Below are positions 13,401-28,400 of a stretch of 64,000 bases of DNA, in pieces. The position numbers and the translations under genes were made by a program. Source of the DNA: Ophelia neglecta (Eukaryota); the NCBI GenBank assembly GCA_965285935.1, contig OZ260662.1:90644001-90708000 (forward strand), written 5' to 3'. Under the pieces are notes generated by a model. That model was not told where the DNA came from. It saw only the letters and a program-made list of their open reading frames with translations, and did no database searches. The first letter of the stretch is position 1. Every line of letters begins with the position of its first letter.

Positions 13401-16400
13401 CTATTAATAACTGGTATTGTACAATCTAATAGCGGCATCCTGATGAAAGCAGACGACGAGAAATTAAGCACCTGTTCCTCTGTTTGTTCAGTCAGCCGGC
13501 AAGTGAGTAACTATGGAAACCATTATTCTTGTGCCGGTTAGCGTGACACAATGCTCGCAACCATAAAAGATATATATCTAGCCAGTTGGAAATATTATGT
13601 GCTTTTTCAACAACTGATATCAGCGCTGTTCAAAGGGAAAAAATGTGTCGAACGCTTCCACTTGTGAGCATTGCTCGCCCGTTGGCAATTATAGCGGACA
13701 ACGAACATTTACAATTAGGGGATTTATCATAACAAACGGATTTCAAATAGCAGACGACAGTAGCCACTAGCTATTGACGGAGTCCGTCAGAGGAATTCTT
13801 TTTGGCAGAAAGTATGACAAATCACAAAACGAACTGCCCTAAAGGTTTGTCCAGACACAGATGCTATACAACAATGTTCGTCGTTCATAATTATATTTGA
13901 TGTACACATAACATTCATTGAACTCTTGCATCTTCCTTTTACCGAGTTTCATCATGCTACATATATACATGTATGCTTGTACAGCATGCTATATAGATGC
14001 ATGTAGTGGGGAAGCCAAGCCCAACGCTGCTCGCGCTTGTCATGATTTGCCTTGCGAGTCCCAACGTTGGGACTATATATATATATTTAATATACGATAT
14101 ATAATTGTTCTATGCTTTTAACGTTTAACCACATTATTACTGGCAAATGATATTAGACTGCTGGTCTTATTTGCTCCGACCAGCCCCTAGGCAGGTAGGA
14201 TTAGGGCCGTCATCTATATAAGCTCGGTCCGTACGGCCGGGCGCCATTGTGCCCGGCCCCGGGCTGAAGTGCATAGCCATTGTTCTCCAGACAGCCTCAG
14301 GGGGCCAAAAAATATTACTTCGACGGGGGTGAGATGAATTCATCACAGTCCATTGCCCGCAAAGCGGCAAAACGGAAGTAGAATCCCGCTCTAGTCAGAG
14401 AGACGCTACTGTTATAATATACGGAGCATCATAAATTGAACGCTGCACAACCGCGTTAAAAAATCTTTGCCGAGGATAGACACTATAGTGTAGACATAGG
14501 GGATCACTCATTGTCTTTCTTATCGAGAAGCAGTCGAGGTGACAAATTTGAATTCGCCCTTACGCAGTTCGTTAACGCGCGACTTTCAATACTGGCATAA
14601 GCTACATGTATATGCAGTGAATATGTGAATAACTATTTAGTTTGCTACCTTTCTTAGGGCGATGAGGCTTCAAATATTGTACCATATTATGATCCAAAAT
14701 GGACCCTGGAAGCGGAGCTGTCTGATAAATACATTGAGTGACCCTTCCCCCCAGATCCGTGTACTCTAATTGAAAATATTCAAGGCTGAATTTTAGTCAT
14801 GAAACAACATTATCCCATCTTTGCCCCCCCCCCCCTTTCCCCGCCACAACCCCCTTGTAACTAAGACCGTGTTTTTGCATTAGATAACTAACAAGAAGGC
14901 TGTGAAAGTTATCAACCTCTGACCCTCTGCAATCAATACCTAACAGGAACGGAATGACCTAAAAGGTTACACATTGATAATATAGAATATCGATCAAGCT
15001 TTGTTCTTAATTATGATAATAATTATGAAAACTGTAGCTACAATTACCAGAAAGAGCACTGAACATCATTATGTTACATGACACCGATTTTAGAAGAATA
15101 TAAAGTGTGGCAAAATGTACAGTTTTCTCAACTGTACTGTTCCTAGTATCACTGCCTGGTCTTTTTTTAACAACACTGTTTTATCGGGGCTAGCAGAAGA
15201 CAGCTTGATTCCATTTGAATCCAGTCATTGAACGAACGAACATGAAATTCGCGCTCAAACAAGGACTGGGAAGATACGATAAGGAAACAGGAAAGCCTCT
15301 CCTCCCAGAAGTCAAACTGCCACTGCTACAACACCAACAAATAACAAGGCAACTGGTTTATGTCAACAGAACGGCGCATTCAAAAATTGATTGCGACTTT
15401 TCAGTTGTGTCATTAATTGGATACCATATAATGGAGGGATCCGCGCGACACATGACCCAAACCATAAACCTGTAATTCTATCGCATTTATACTAATAGCA
15501 GTTTAATATAAAAGGCACCATGTGCAAATAGTTGGCGGGTATAACAATTGTCCAAGATGTGGATCAAATTCGTATGATTTCTGGTCGGGTTTATGTCATT
15601 GTCTGATGGGATGTATTGATCAGCATGATGAGAGTTATTATTAAATAGTTATTATAAATTTTCACACACCAGGGCTGCAAATGACAGGGATATCGCACTC
15701 AATGACCAGAATTTATGTACTTATTATATATGTATCCGATAGTTTAAGTTTATCATATTTAACTTATAGGTACACAAAAATAACTATATAAGGGTAAAAC
15801 TGCCTGGTGCAAGTATTTAATTTTATGAGATGCATCTGTGGGATGGAAATTTGGGACAATTTTTTGTTAAAAAAGTATAATTACTATCGTTGAATTCCGT
15901 TTGTGACACGTTGGGACCATTGTACTAATTACATATTTAGATCCTTCATCTTGGTGAAACCTGAGTCAAATTTGAATTGCCATTGGTTCTTCTTCAGATT
16001 GTCTTGTAGTATTTGAAATAAACGTAAACGGGTCTAGTAAGTGGAACAAGTAAGTGGAACGAGACACTAAATGTGTAAACATTAACCTCGATCAATGCCA
16101 ATCAGTATTTTACCTCCATTCGAGGGTCAGCTATGTGATGCTTGAAATCGTGACTGCAAACTATATATTTCTCGGTGGTTCTTAAATCGAATAAGATGCA
16201 ACATAGTTTAACCGACAATTGTATTGTGTGACATTTACCCTTTTAGTTCAAAGTCACGGCGAGGCGTTAGACAATCAGCGTCCTGTTCTACTCAAATCAG
16301 CTGCCCAATATCAAATACCGTTTAATATCTTCTCTTTTAGAGCGAATCAACTCCAAATTTTACCGATGCTTCACCCGTTCAGTGATATCTTATTGCAATG

Positions 16401-19400
16401 TTATTTTTCTTGTCACGTGGTTCCTGTCTTTTTGTTTCTATGCGTGCTAGTTAATATATTAACTTGGAAAGCATTTGTCCGATTTTGATCAAATGTCGTA
16501 TAGATTTAGCTTTGAGCCAGCCCTCGTGATGACCAAAGCATCAATTTGTACGATTTTGAAAATATGTGGGATAGATTTAGTTTGACACCACTCTCTTATG
16601 ATGATTGAATTAAATATACATGAAAGACCACCCCTAATTCGCTTTCATATTTTTTGTTTTTACCATAGTGATGAAGACGAAATCGATTACATGAAGGCCG
16701 AGCAGAACTTAGCTTCGGCACCTGTACATCAGTCTGTAACAAATGGAAAAATTATTGTAAACGTTCTTTGGCATTCATTATGTTCTAATCATTAAATATC
16801 AAAATTTAAACTATTGTCATCTGATTAATATATTAATTGATTTATACATGCAGTGTACATCATTACAACAAAACCATTCTATCATCACTCTATAACCGGA
16901 AAAAAGAGGATACGATCCAAATACTACTTAATCTTTCCATAATGATCGAATCTCACTCCTTCTGAGACACATAGCATTGCTAACTAGACATTCATCCAGA
17001 AGAAGGTGAATAAATAGATGGCCGTGTCGTTAATCTCCGGAATAAAACAGACCGGCGAGCTCAATGATGCTGAAAACATTGCGGATTTTGTGTAGTCAGT
17101 TTTCGTTCAATCCATTATGCTCTCCGAGCCACACGCTCATCTACCGGGTATACCTATATGATGGATGGTGTCTCCAGGACGATCAATGGTACAGGCGACC
17201 CTTCCCCATCTGTCTTGCGGGTAGACTAGCAATAAGCTAAAGCGACCGTTACCGCTCTATCCTCAACATGCTTTCCGCGATGAACAGCATGGAGGTCAGC
17301 AAGTATGAGCAATAAGAAGATCTGATGTAGAAAATGTCTTCTTGGCGTAAGTAACTGACCTACTTAATAAATGTGCGGTCAGAATTAAGTTGCATTGATG
17401 AGAGTGCAGGTTTAAAAGAGTTTGTGCAGGTTTAGTGTATTCTACTGACAACAGCTTAACAAACAAAAGATACGATAACGATTCAATGGGAGTGCTGGTT
17501 TATTGTTCATTTACCGAGAACATGGTAAAGATAAAATCAAAAAGCACATTGCAAATGTAACATTTTCTTAGAATAATTGCCCGCTTTTAGTGCGAATGAT
17601 TTTGTCCTAGGGATGGTTGTTTCTCTGTCATTGCTTCAATAGATTTTCGGCTAATCTTTGCTCCTCTTTTGCTGAAATGAAACTTGGCTTGTGGAAAAAA
17701 GGATTTAAATGTAAAACCAGTTTCAGTGGCGGATTTAGGGGGGGGGGGGAGGGCAGGGGGCCCGCCCCTTTGCCAAAAAGTGGGCCCAGACAAGGGCCTA
17801 TTTCCGGACCTAGGAAAGGTGGTTTCAGAGGGTTGGTAACGGGGACAATCCAGACATTGGCCTTGTCAACACTGGAAAATTTGCCCCCCCCCCCTTCCTG
17901 AAATCCTGGGTTCGCCACTGAGTTTTATAAGAAGGATAAATTAATTATCTTTGGTTTCCTGTGTCTACCGCCACGTTCACCGGGAGATTCGCCCCGGCGG
18001 CAAGCCACTCATTTTGGCCATCTGAGACCTATAAGAATGACTCATTTCTCCCTATACAAGGCACAAAACTCTCAATATGGCAGGTGCATATTAATTTGAA
18101 AGTTAAGCAATATACTAGTACTTCGTAATAAGTACGTCCAGACGAACTGTGTTTATCTCGGGGGATTCCCGACAGTGTGCATTAATGTTAGCCCAACATC
18201 ATCGGCATACTGAGTGATATCACTGTCTAAAAAGATGTAGACTCCTACCACTCGTGCAATGCTCTATTTCCGTGAGAGAAGCCCGGACACGCATGCGCGC
18301 CCTTAATTTGGCGGAGGAAGGGGTAGTTCTCCGAGGTGTCTAAAAACGAGGTGGTTTGAGCCCAAATAGGATTTTGTAAAAGTGGGTAATTTTGTGCCGA
18401 GGAATTACATGATGTATTTAAGGGAATGGACCGGACCATGTATCCACCGAATCCAAATTAGGTACTGCTAATGACATGCAGTCGGACAACTCTTTTATAA
18501 AAATGGTCGCCAACATTTTATTGATATTAATACCCTATTTATTTGCATACTATAAGCATATCAAGTCTTTTACTACCAGTATATACTTCTAAATTGTCTT
18601 ATTTTTCGCAACGGAAGTTGTACTTTTTTGTACTTAATGCTCCTAGATTTGCCGCACAAAAAGGACGTTAAATAATTTATTTTCTCCTTGAATGGGATTT
18701 TTCCCCAACTCCTTACGAGGCATATGAGCCAGTTGAATATCTCATCGTGGCTTGTAAGCTAAAGGGATAAACAGAAACAGTGTACGTGGATTTATTCCTT
18801 GTTTTCCAGGCGGAGGGGGGGGGGGGTCAGTTTAATGTGTGAGACAATGGCATCCATCGGAGAGCAGACTTTGTATCTAGGCATTCTTAACTAACATAAT
18901 TTACACTTTGGTTTATATACTCTTGAATGCATCAACCTTGCAATTGAGTATAGCCATTATTGTTTTCTTAGCAATTCCTCAGTGTCGTGTCACAAGTGTC
19001 TCATATCAAATTTATTTATTGTTTTAGCCATGAACACGTGCTTTTTTGAATAAAAATGAAACAAAAGTCGAACGGCAACATCTAATAAAAGCAAATTTTT
19101 TCCAAATTATCCACTGAATATAGATTATATATTCATTTGATTGAGACATGACATTAAAGAACGATCTCAAACTTCTTATGACGTAACCGCCTCATTTAAA
19201 AAGCTTATATCAAATATATTAGGCCTATTCTATAGTAACAGCAGATTATTCTATTTTAATTTTGATATCTAAATTGCGATATTGAACACAAAAAAACCCA
19301 CCGATGTGTATCATTTGAGAACCAATATTGAAATCACCTGCAAGAATGAAATCTCTGATGGTTTCGAGCAATAAAATGAGTGTCCTGAACAGGACTAGTG

Positions 19401-22400
19401 CATTACCGCGGCGTTCCGTTCAAGAGCACAGACAACACTGACAGCCGGAACAACCTATAGAGTGTCAATGCCCTCGGCCGGGCAAATCGATTCATTATCG
19501 CACCAGTTAGTGTGTTTAATAAAACCAGGACGCGGATCACTAAATACATGTCTTTGAGCTACACGTAATAATTATTTAATGGACTAGAACAACTATTTAC
19601 CCAATCTAAATGCGAGTTTTTTTCGCAACGAAAGCACACTCTTTGTGTGTGCGGTGCGAGATAAGTAAGCAAGTGAAAACCGACACACCTTCATTCAATA
19701 TTATTACAAGCTAAAGCCCGAAGGGAACGATAACCTTGCACTAAAGTTGAACGCTATTTGTCAGTTTCAGCGTTCCCTATTGCAGTCAAAAGTACAAGTG
19801 AATGGATGGTTCATTGACGTTAAAAGTGATTGCAATGGCTTTGTTCAAAGGTATTATTTGTCTGTCCTCGTGATATAATAAATGCTGAATTTTATCAATA
19901 CAGAGTATAAGGTTTATCGTAAAACGCGGCTATTTTTTTTTGCGACACTTCCTCCAAAGGTAGCCTTGTAGATCAGGAATCATATAACAATGACATTTTG
20001 CTGTATCCAGTAGAGTTACAAACATTTCCATGTAGGACAAATATGTAGATATATATTATTGATATGCAATATAATTCAAACGAACACTACACATAAAAAG
20101 ATATTCTGGCTTTAAAAAAGATGTGATCAGAGCGGATACCATTCAAGTTCGCATAATTGTTACAAACATGAGTATCAATATATTAAACTGGTTCTGGACT
20201 TACCTCAAAAGTTGGTTTATATAATATTAGTAGTTAGTCAATGATAGTGTTTATATTTTCTACGAGACATGAGGGTGTTAGCCACTCTTTTATTGTTGCT
20301 ACTTTGTGATCATAATTATTGACTTATCCAAGAAAGAACGCATGAGTTGGTATCCTTCGTTTACGGCATAAGGTGCTATCACCAGGGACCCTATCGACTA
20401 ATCTAGCGATGATTGTTCTCCAAAGAAAATGCCATAAGTTGAGATACGTACTATACTCTCAAACCTATTCATCGATATCTAAATTTTTGAACAGTTTAAA
20501 TGTCGGTTTGAAGGTTACATATATAATATTTGTTTATTGAAGAGCCAACACTAGTATACAATTCACTTGACTTGAAACGAGTCAATATAAACCCGAGCGT
20601 AAGTGCGCTTTTACTTTTCTTCGTAAGGCAAGATTTGTTTGGTATTAAATTCTTTGACAAACAATAATATATGTATTAGGTTTCCATCTGTGCCACATAC
20701 GAATTCCAAAAATGATAAAGCCTCAAAATTCAATTGAGTAGTTTTGTACACATATTACTTACCTGGTAGCAATGAGCTTTCGTATAACTTGTTCCTGCTT
20801 CACTATCGGACCAATGAATTTTTGGACCAATGCTTCCTCGGATCATTGTACACACTGTCACGGTCATGATATGTGTCGGATATGCACAATTACTTGTATC
20901 TATATCAAGGTGAAGGCCTAATTGAATTTGCGGGCTCCATTTCCGGACCTGACACCATGACACCCGATCCCTCGTGATATTTAATTTATATGTTTGAATT
21001 ACGCAAGCACCAAGCTGCTGAAATAACGCGTTGAGGAAACTCCAAATTAGAAATCCCCTTCCAGTCTGCAAAAGTATACAGTAAGATTAAGGTATATGTA
21101 ATACCCCAGTTAGCGCCGGACAGATTAGGGGTGTTAAACAAATCATTGGACTCTGTGAGTATTACAAAGTTTACCTAATAAAAGTTAGTATTTCCTCTGA
21201 CATAATGTTTATTCTTAACACCCTAAACTGTACACACTATCAATATCTTTCTTGCTAGGAACTGAAAAATACTTTTCCTTTCACTTAAGCTAATGTATTT
21301 TCTCTGTTATCTTTTGGCCTTTTATCCTGGATATTCATTGACAGATGAAATACTATTGGCCTCCACGGTGATTGATGATATTAAAGAGCACATGTGGCTG
21401 AAAGCAGTGTCATTCTTCCCCATGACAAGGCCCTGTTCTAATCTCAGATCTTTATACCAATTCGGAGTCTTACAAACATTACAATAATGATCAGTTTGAA
21501 CCCGTATGGATCTGTTAGTGCAAATTCCGGTGTCTAATTGGGTAGGATTATATTCATGGTCAGGAATTGAATTCTTGGATTGACTCGGAAAGAGAACTTG
21601 GCATTAAACTAACGGACAGTGCAGTGTAGTTCACCGGAATAATCCAGCAGCAAGATTTGGTGTACGAATTCTTTAAGCCGACCAAGCTGGATTACCCACC
21701 ACAATGATGAAGATTACACTGCACGAAAAGTTCAAGATGATTGCCTACACAAATTGAATAATACTATAAGTGATGATGCAAGTAGGAAAATGACTACAGG
21801 AAGCGTATGCTCATCAGTCCTCTCGAGCTGCATATTTTATTGCCCTGACTAACAACATTTATCAATGCCAGCTACAGCAAGCAGGAAATAACGTGGTATT
21901 TTTATAAAATGTTTTATGGCCTAGTAGTCAACTGAAGCTTGTTTGAGGACATGATATTGCCGTTACCATCTAGGTCTCTTTTTGCCCTTTGTCTTTTGAA
22001 ATTGCATGAGCAGGTAAATATAACGGATGGAACAGGGCTTGTTGTAAATAATATTCGTGTAGCAATTAGACGACTGATATATAGGAAAACCCGCAAGCAA
22101 CATGTACCACACGCAACAGAAATTAGACCTGTTATGCTCCAAGGTATATAAACATTATGAATACATACACAAACATAGGCCTGTATATATATTATATATA
22201 TTATATATTTTGCGTCATGCAAACGCACTTGAATTCGTATTCTTGATCGTTTTCTGGGTCACGTTTTATAATAATGTGAATGATATTATTGCTGACAGTA
22301 TTTATGCCCATTTAGACAGCTTTATCGATTACGAACATTTCAAAGCGGCTTTTTCCACTGTTGTTTAAATACAGTTTTGTTATTTATGGTATCTGCAGTG

Positions 22401-25400
22401 TTTTTAGCCAAAGTAATTAATCACTTGTTAATACCTCGGGCGTTTATCTCTTTCCGATGATATGATGAATATGCCATTGTCAGTGAAAGATAATAGAACC
22501 CCAAAACATCATTAACTTGCGTTTAGCATGCTTAATGGAGTGGCTGTAGTGCTTCGGCTACCAGCATAATATCCAAATTTTGTCATAAGTACTGGAAATT
22601 CGATTTGTTTGGGTGTGGTAACTTCAAACGAACGTTACTGACAAGTGTCATTGAAACCATTCGGCCTTTCTTCTTTCCTGCTGACAAAGGGAGCCCCGCA
22701 GCGGTGTAAACTACTTGCTGCTTCACCGATTGCCTCTCCCCACTATGATCACTGCCTAATGCGGTAAGAACTCCCCTCCACGTGCATCACCCACTGTTGT
22801 CTTGCTGTGTGCTCTAGTTTCTCCATTCACCGCACGGTGTCCTAGATTCCATACACCTGCCACAAGCCTGAATGCTTCTCGCTGCGAGCTAGTGAAAGAA
22901 GAGATGCTCAATGAAAAACAGAACCGTGTGGAATATACACAACGTAATTACAAAACATTAACTCATTCACGTTCTATCGTAATGGATAGTTTTCTGTTAT
23001 GCTTAAGTTAGGGGTATCATAGAGTTGAAATGCGATTGGAGAAGGGTTATCATTATGAAAGAAATCGGATTCCTCTCTTAATACAATAAAGGATAGTAAA
23101 AAAAAGAACATTTCTTGGTAAATTTAGACAACACGAATAAAACGGCCAACGAGCACTTTTTCATAGAGTGTCATATTGGCGAACCCCCAAAAATATCACT
23201 ATCTAAATGTACTGCGTGTGTTCCCTAGTAAAATCTCCAATAGTGTTAGTAATCACACTTCTTACTGTTCGGTATACTATTCAGTGTCAAATTTTAAGTC
23301 TTTCCCATTAAGTTTTTAACTCTCGCGTTGCTGCGTGACAATGGCCTGGACCACGTGGTTTGCTCATCTACTCTCCCATTAGCCCGGGCTCACTCACCCA
23401 GTGCTCAGTCGTGAGTATAGAACGGGGGCGCAATATAATGTCTTCGGAAATATGTCAATAATCACACGTAATGGCGCTATCTTTCAATGGGATGCGATTT
23501 GTCAACTAGTCAGCGGAAATAATTAGTATTTGTTGGAAATTAACGAAAATTGATCTGTGAGATAATAAGTTCCTAGTCACGAGTTTGGACGATGAGTATG
23601 TAGATTGTGGCCATTCAGTGTGGACCCGGCCTGCAATCAGACGTACGTCGTCTGTAAAGTGACCGCGGTAATGTGCGATTTATCTCAATGTTGGGCACAC
23701 ATCGGATTAGGAGCGAAAATAAGCCACATAAACAGCTTATTTGGTAGAAATGTCAATTGAGAGTCAATTCTATTATATTGCACGTTTACAGGTTATGCGG
23801 CATTATCCAGAACGAGTATCCATGACAACCAGATCATAAAATGACCTACCGACAAATCAAATATGGCCGGGATTATTGTGTAATGTTATTGCATAGCTTG
23901 CGTCTTTTTAATCTCAAATAAGATGGCTGGGTATACTGATATTAATGAGATTGCACAATGCTGTTTTTTTTCTTTTTTTCATAAGACTGGCTAAATAAAT
24001 CAAAAGCTGAAAAAGAACAATCCGGCTCTGGCACCAGCACTGGTTCAATTTACTCTCATCAACCGCGAAACACGATGATTCGCATGGTTTGGTAGAAACC
24101 AAAAACCAAGCTTACTTTGCGTAAAACAGAGATTTAGGCTTTACTGGGGGGGGGGGGGGGGGGGGGGGGCTTTAAGGTGGACTAATATTACTGGGTAGTT
24201 ACTGTAATGGAAAACTAGGAAAGACGCGAATGCTATAGCTTAAACTGAATATAATTCAACAAACATGCAGACAATACTGATCAACTTTTGTATAGGCCTG
24301 TATATATGTGTAAACAAGCGTCTTGCCCTTTTCAGTACAGTAATGCGTACATCCAACCAGTTCCTTTTTCCCATTGCTGACCAGACTATCGCATGCAGAA
24401 TTGGAGGTATGAGTACATTGTATGACATTTATGCTTAGATGCCAACAATTTGAAAAAAAATGCTTTTGCATTCGCCTAAGCGTAGTGTCTATTACAATAA
24501 TATGTCGCAGCAACCTGCGTTTTTTTCGAGATATCTGAGCAAAAAGCGAATGATAATCCCTTCTACAAAATAGTTGATAGGTCTAGATGTAACAATTATC
24601 GTATTTATTTGTTTACATGACCTTTCTAAATACCTAAGTATGCTGTGTTTTTTTAATCTTGCGGGAGTTAGAAGTAGTAACCTACTTAAGTAGGCTAATG
24701 CCAACTAGGCGTTCTAGTATTTAAAGCATCTTTCTTTATAAGAAATAACGCCTTTAAGCAATTCGATTTTGCGGCTGTCAGAGGCATCATGCTGGACTTC
24801 CCACATGCACATTCAAGAACAGTGTCGGTCACATCGCCTTCATTAGGAAACAAACATCCAAAATCTACATACCAATCTGATGTTATTTGTTGAAAATGAT
24901 TTCGATCAACGACTGCTTGCATATAATGTAACTTTGCTTATAATTCCCCGTTCATGTATCCGCAAGTTGGTTTAAAAATATGTTATTAGGATCGGTGGTC
25001 TTTTCTTAATATTTGCAGTACAATTTTAGATTAAATGAACAGATGGACATAACATGGACAAACAGACAAATAAACAAACAAGTATTACACAATGAAATGT
25101 TTTTCATGTTTCTCAAAGCGCCTGAGTGTATAGTATTAAACTATAGCCAAATTAAATCGCTTATATGTACCAAAAACTGAAAATTAAAAGAATAAATAGA
25201 TATCAGTGATGCAGCATAGATTGGTGCTGAATGAAGACACCAACGTTCATTTTACCTCGGAGTCCGCTGCTCTCGATTCTTGTAATAGTTTGGTCTATTA
25301 TGATGGGATGCAGTGCACGCCCATCATGCCCCACCACTCATTCGTTTATTTGTGAACCAACCAGGGGAAACATTGGCAGAGGAGCAGACTTACTCAGCCT

Positions 25401-28400
25401 GGGCGCAGAGCAAATGTAGTAATATGTCTTTTATAAAAATAATACACATAACCTTGTTTGGGGCTACAGCAAATATATAAACCAAATTATTTTCGCGGCA
25501 TCAGCTTTTTACGCAATGGACAGCATTTAATAATTGTACGTGTCATTTTCCTTGGTATTCACGAAAATCGCGAACATAAAATGCGCGGGAAATGTCCTGT
25601 AATTTGGGTATTTACTCTTGGAATATCAGCCAAGTGTACTAAGGTATGGAAAGAGGGCCTTGTAGAGTTCTATAGCCTATGTGCCCTCATAACTTCATCA
25701 CATTTCTAAGTCTTCACGCCCCTATTACCTGAGTTGCCCTCCTCATGATTTAGAGCCCCTGAGTCCGCTGTTTGTTGATAATTTAGTGTAAAGAGGTTTC
25801 GTCACTCGACATAATATTTAGGCTATAATCTTTAACCCTTTACACAGATAAAGAATAATGTGGTAATTGTTTAGTTTGTGTGAAATCTCTCCTTCCCTGC
25901 CAAACTCAATCCCTCTGCCATAGGAGTTCCATGCTGAATTATATGTTGTAAAACTATCCATGTAAACGTATGTCGTTATTTGAGGAGTTTCTGTTTCAGA
26001 GTTACGTGAGTATTGCGAGGGGGAGACATTCCGAGCTCGCTGCGCCTATGACGAGGTGATCCTGATGCAGCGCGCCATCTACGGGCGGATGAGGCTCGGC
26101 CGCTGTGTCAAGGTCGACATGGGCTACATCGGCTGTAGTAACGAGGTGCTGGACCTGGCCGACAACCGCTGCTCAGGGCGTCGAGAATGTGAGATCAAGG
26201 TACCGGACAACGTGTTCGAGGAAACCCAGCCCTGTTTGGAACTGAAGTCATATCTAGAGGCCAGCTTCACCTGCATTAAAGGTATAATGTGGAAAAAACA
26301 AACTATTAAATCATATTGATGACTCATCCTTGGTATATAATATTACACTTATAATAAACCATCGAAATTGGTTTTCATTTGTTTACAATGTAAACAAGTT
26401 ATTGTTCAATGAGATATATCCCCCCCCCCCTCGACGCCCATTCCCCACCGGCTCGAAAGGTTAACCAACCAGCCTGACATTTCAAGGAAGAGGATATTAA
26501 GTTGTTTAAACTGATTCTTATTTAGCCGGCAGTTATAGTAGGTTAAATAGCAGTTTGATTTATATATGGAAACCTATCTGCATTTCATGTTGAGAAAGTC
26601 CTAACGTGTGACTCACGAAGGTTGTCACTGGGAATTAACAAACGCCCTGCTTCAAAAAGCGTCTGTCGGATTGGGCTTAATGCGAGAAGACTGGCTGTTC
26701 TAAGTCTTCTCCGCTCCATGTGGCCCCAGCAGATAAGGGCTTTCTTCCTGTCAAACTCCAAGGCCGCTTTTGCACATTGATAATTGCCTTGAACCTGTCG
26801 ATGTAAGGTGCCATTTAATACAGTGCCTTCATGTCAAATCAGATTTGATTCAGTATCAAAGAAGAGAAGGGCGGAGAATAAAAAAATCATTAGATTCGGC
26901 CTGCAAAGTAAAGCTTTGCCAAAATAAAGCGTTGGTGAAACTCATATCCTTTTATATTTTAACCGTATACTGCGGGAAAAGGTAAGCTAGAAGGCCCGTC
27001 TAGTAAGAAGCTACAGATCTTTCGCACTAATATTTCATTTCCTGCCGACTTCTAACGTTAGTTCTTCAACAGTATATCTCCCGGGTCCAAATGCCATTTA
27101 AGAAAGATGTCTTGTCATAAGCAATACAACAGTAAGGTGGTCTTTATGAAATCTGGGAATAATATAGTCATATTATACGGGTCTCTGACGTAACATGCCC
27201 ACGGCCATTTGCTAAAATGACAAGAATATATATTGCATGTTAACTCGATAGGGTGTGAAGTAATCTAACATTACAGTATAATATCACCTGCCTAATCTCG
27301 TTGCATATATTTCCCAGTCCGACATGCTTTGCTTCTCCGCAATAAAACAACAAAAAACAACAACATTTCCATTCCTGCGGCTGATGTATGAGTTCTATTC
27401 GTATCTATGAAAAGTCTGCACGTTTGTGCAGACGAGTACAAGTAGTACGAGTATAGACTCTTACCCGCTCAAAGGTCTACAACTATATAAATATTTGACT
27501 ACACTGTTAACAGGCGGTATCCAAAGAGATCATTATAATCGTTTAATGTATGTCAAATAAAGCCAATTGCTTTAAATAAAGGCAATTAACTAGCGCCTGT
27601 TTTTCGTATTTCTAAGAAATCCTATGTTCTACTGCTATTCATCTAAAACTTTTCTTTTAATTGTGCAATGGTATATGCCGTTGTCTGTACACAATTAAAA
27701 ATCACAAAATTCATAATTTCTGAATGAGCTGGTGTGTTTTAGTTCTTCCAGTTGATAGTGACGTGTGCAGACGCTCCAAATTCCTCAAGGTCAACGCGCA
27801 GCAAGGTTACATCGCCAGCGTCACTGCCCAGGAGACCTGGTGCGGAGGCAGCGACACCCCGTGGTTAATAGAGGCACTCCCCGGCCAGCGAATAAACATT
27901 ACTCTGTTAGATTTTGGTGTTCAAAGGAGAAACTCGGAGAATTTTCCTCAATATAGCTCGTCCTTTGACTCCATAGAAGTATGTCAGAAGTATGCTGTGA
28001 TTAAAGAGCAGACGCGCAATACAGTAGTATGCGGCGGCAGGCACCGATATCACCACGAGTACATCTCCAATAGCAATGTGCTGGAGATTCAAATCGAGAA
28101 CAAGCTTACAAATCCTCACTTCTTCTTATTGAAATACGAAGGTGAGGCTAACTTTATATCTTGCTTTAGTTTCTCATACTAGCTTTCTTTATTGTAATTG
28201 GCAGCTCCTGGTTTTTGTCAAAAAAAAACCACTGAAACTGTAGTAATAATTATGTTGTCACCGATTTTCATGTACTTTCATGGATTCCACTATGCAAATG
28301 TGTAAGAAGCAATATAATTATCTCATCCGATTAGAATTTCTTTTCCTCCTGAAGTGATTGGTTGCCCTGACCCGGAAGTGTCAGCAGCGATGTCGTTTGA

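Noticed and set aside
16669-16760. Exon-like segment in gene 1 intron 1 (DEDEIDYMKAEQ...)
   Set aside because: The open frame needs phase 2; the phase-1 reading required by gene 1 hits a stop within 8 codons.
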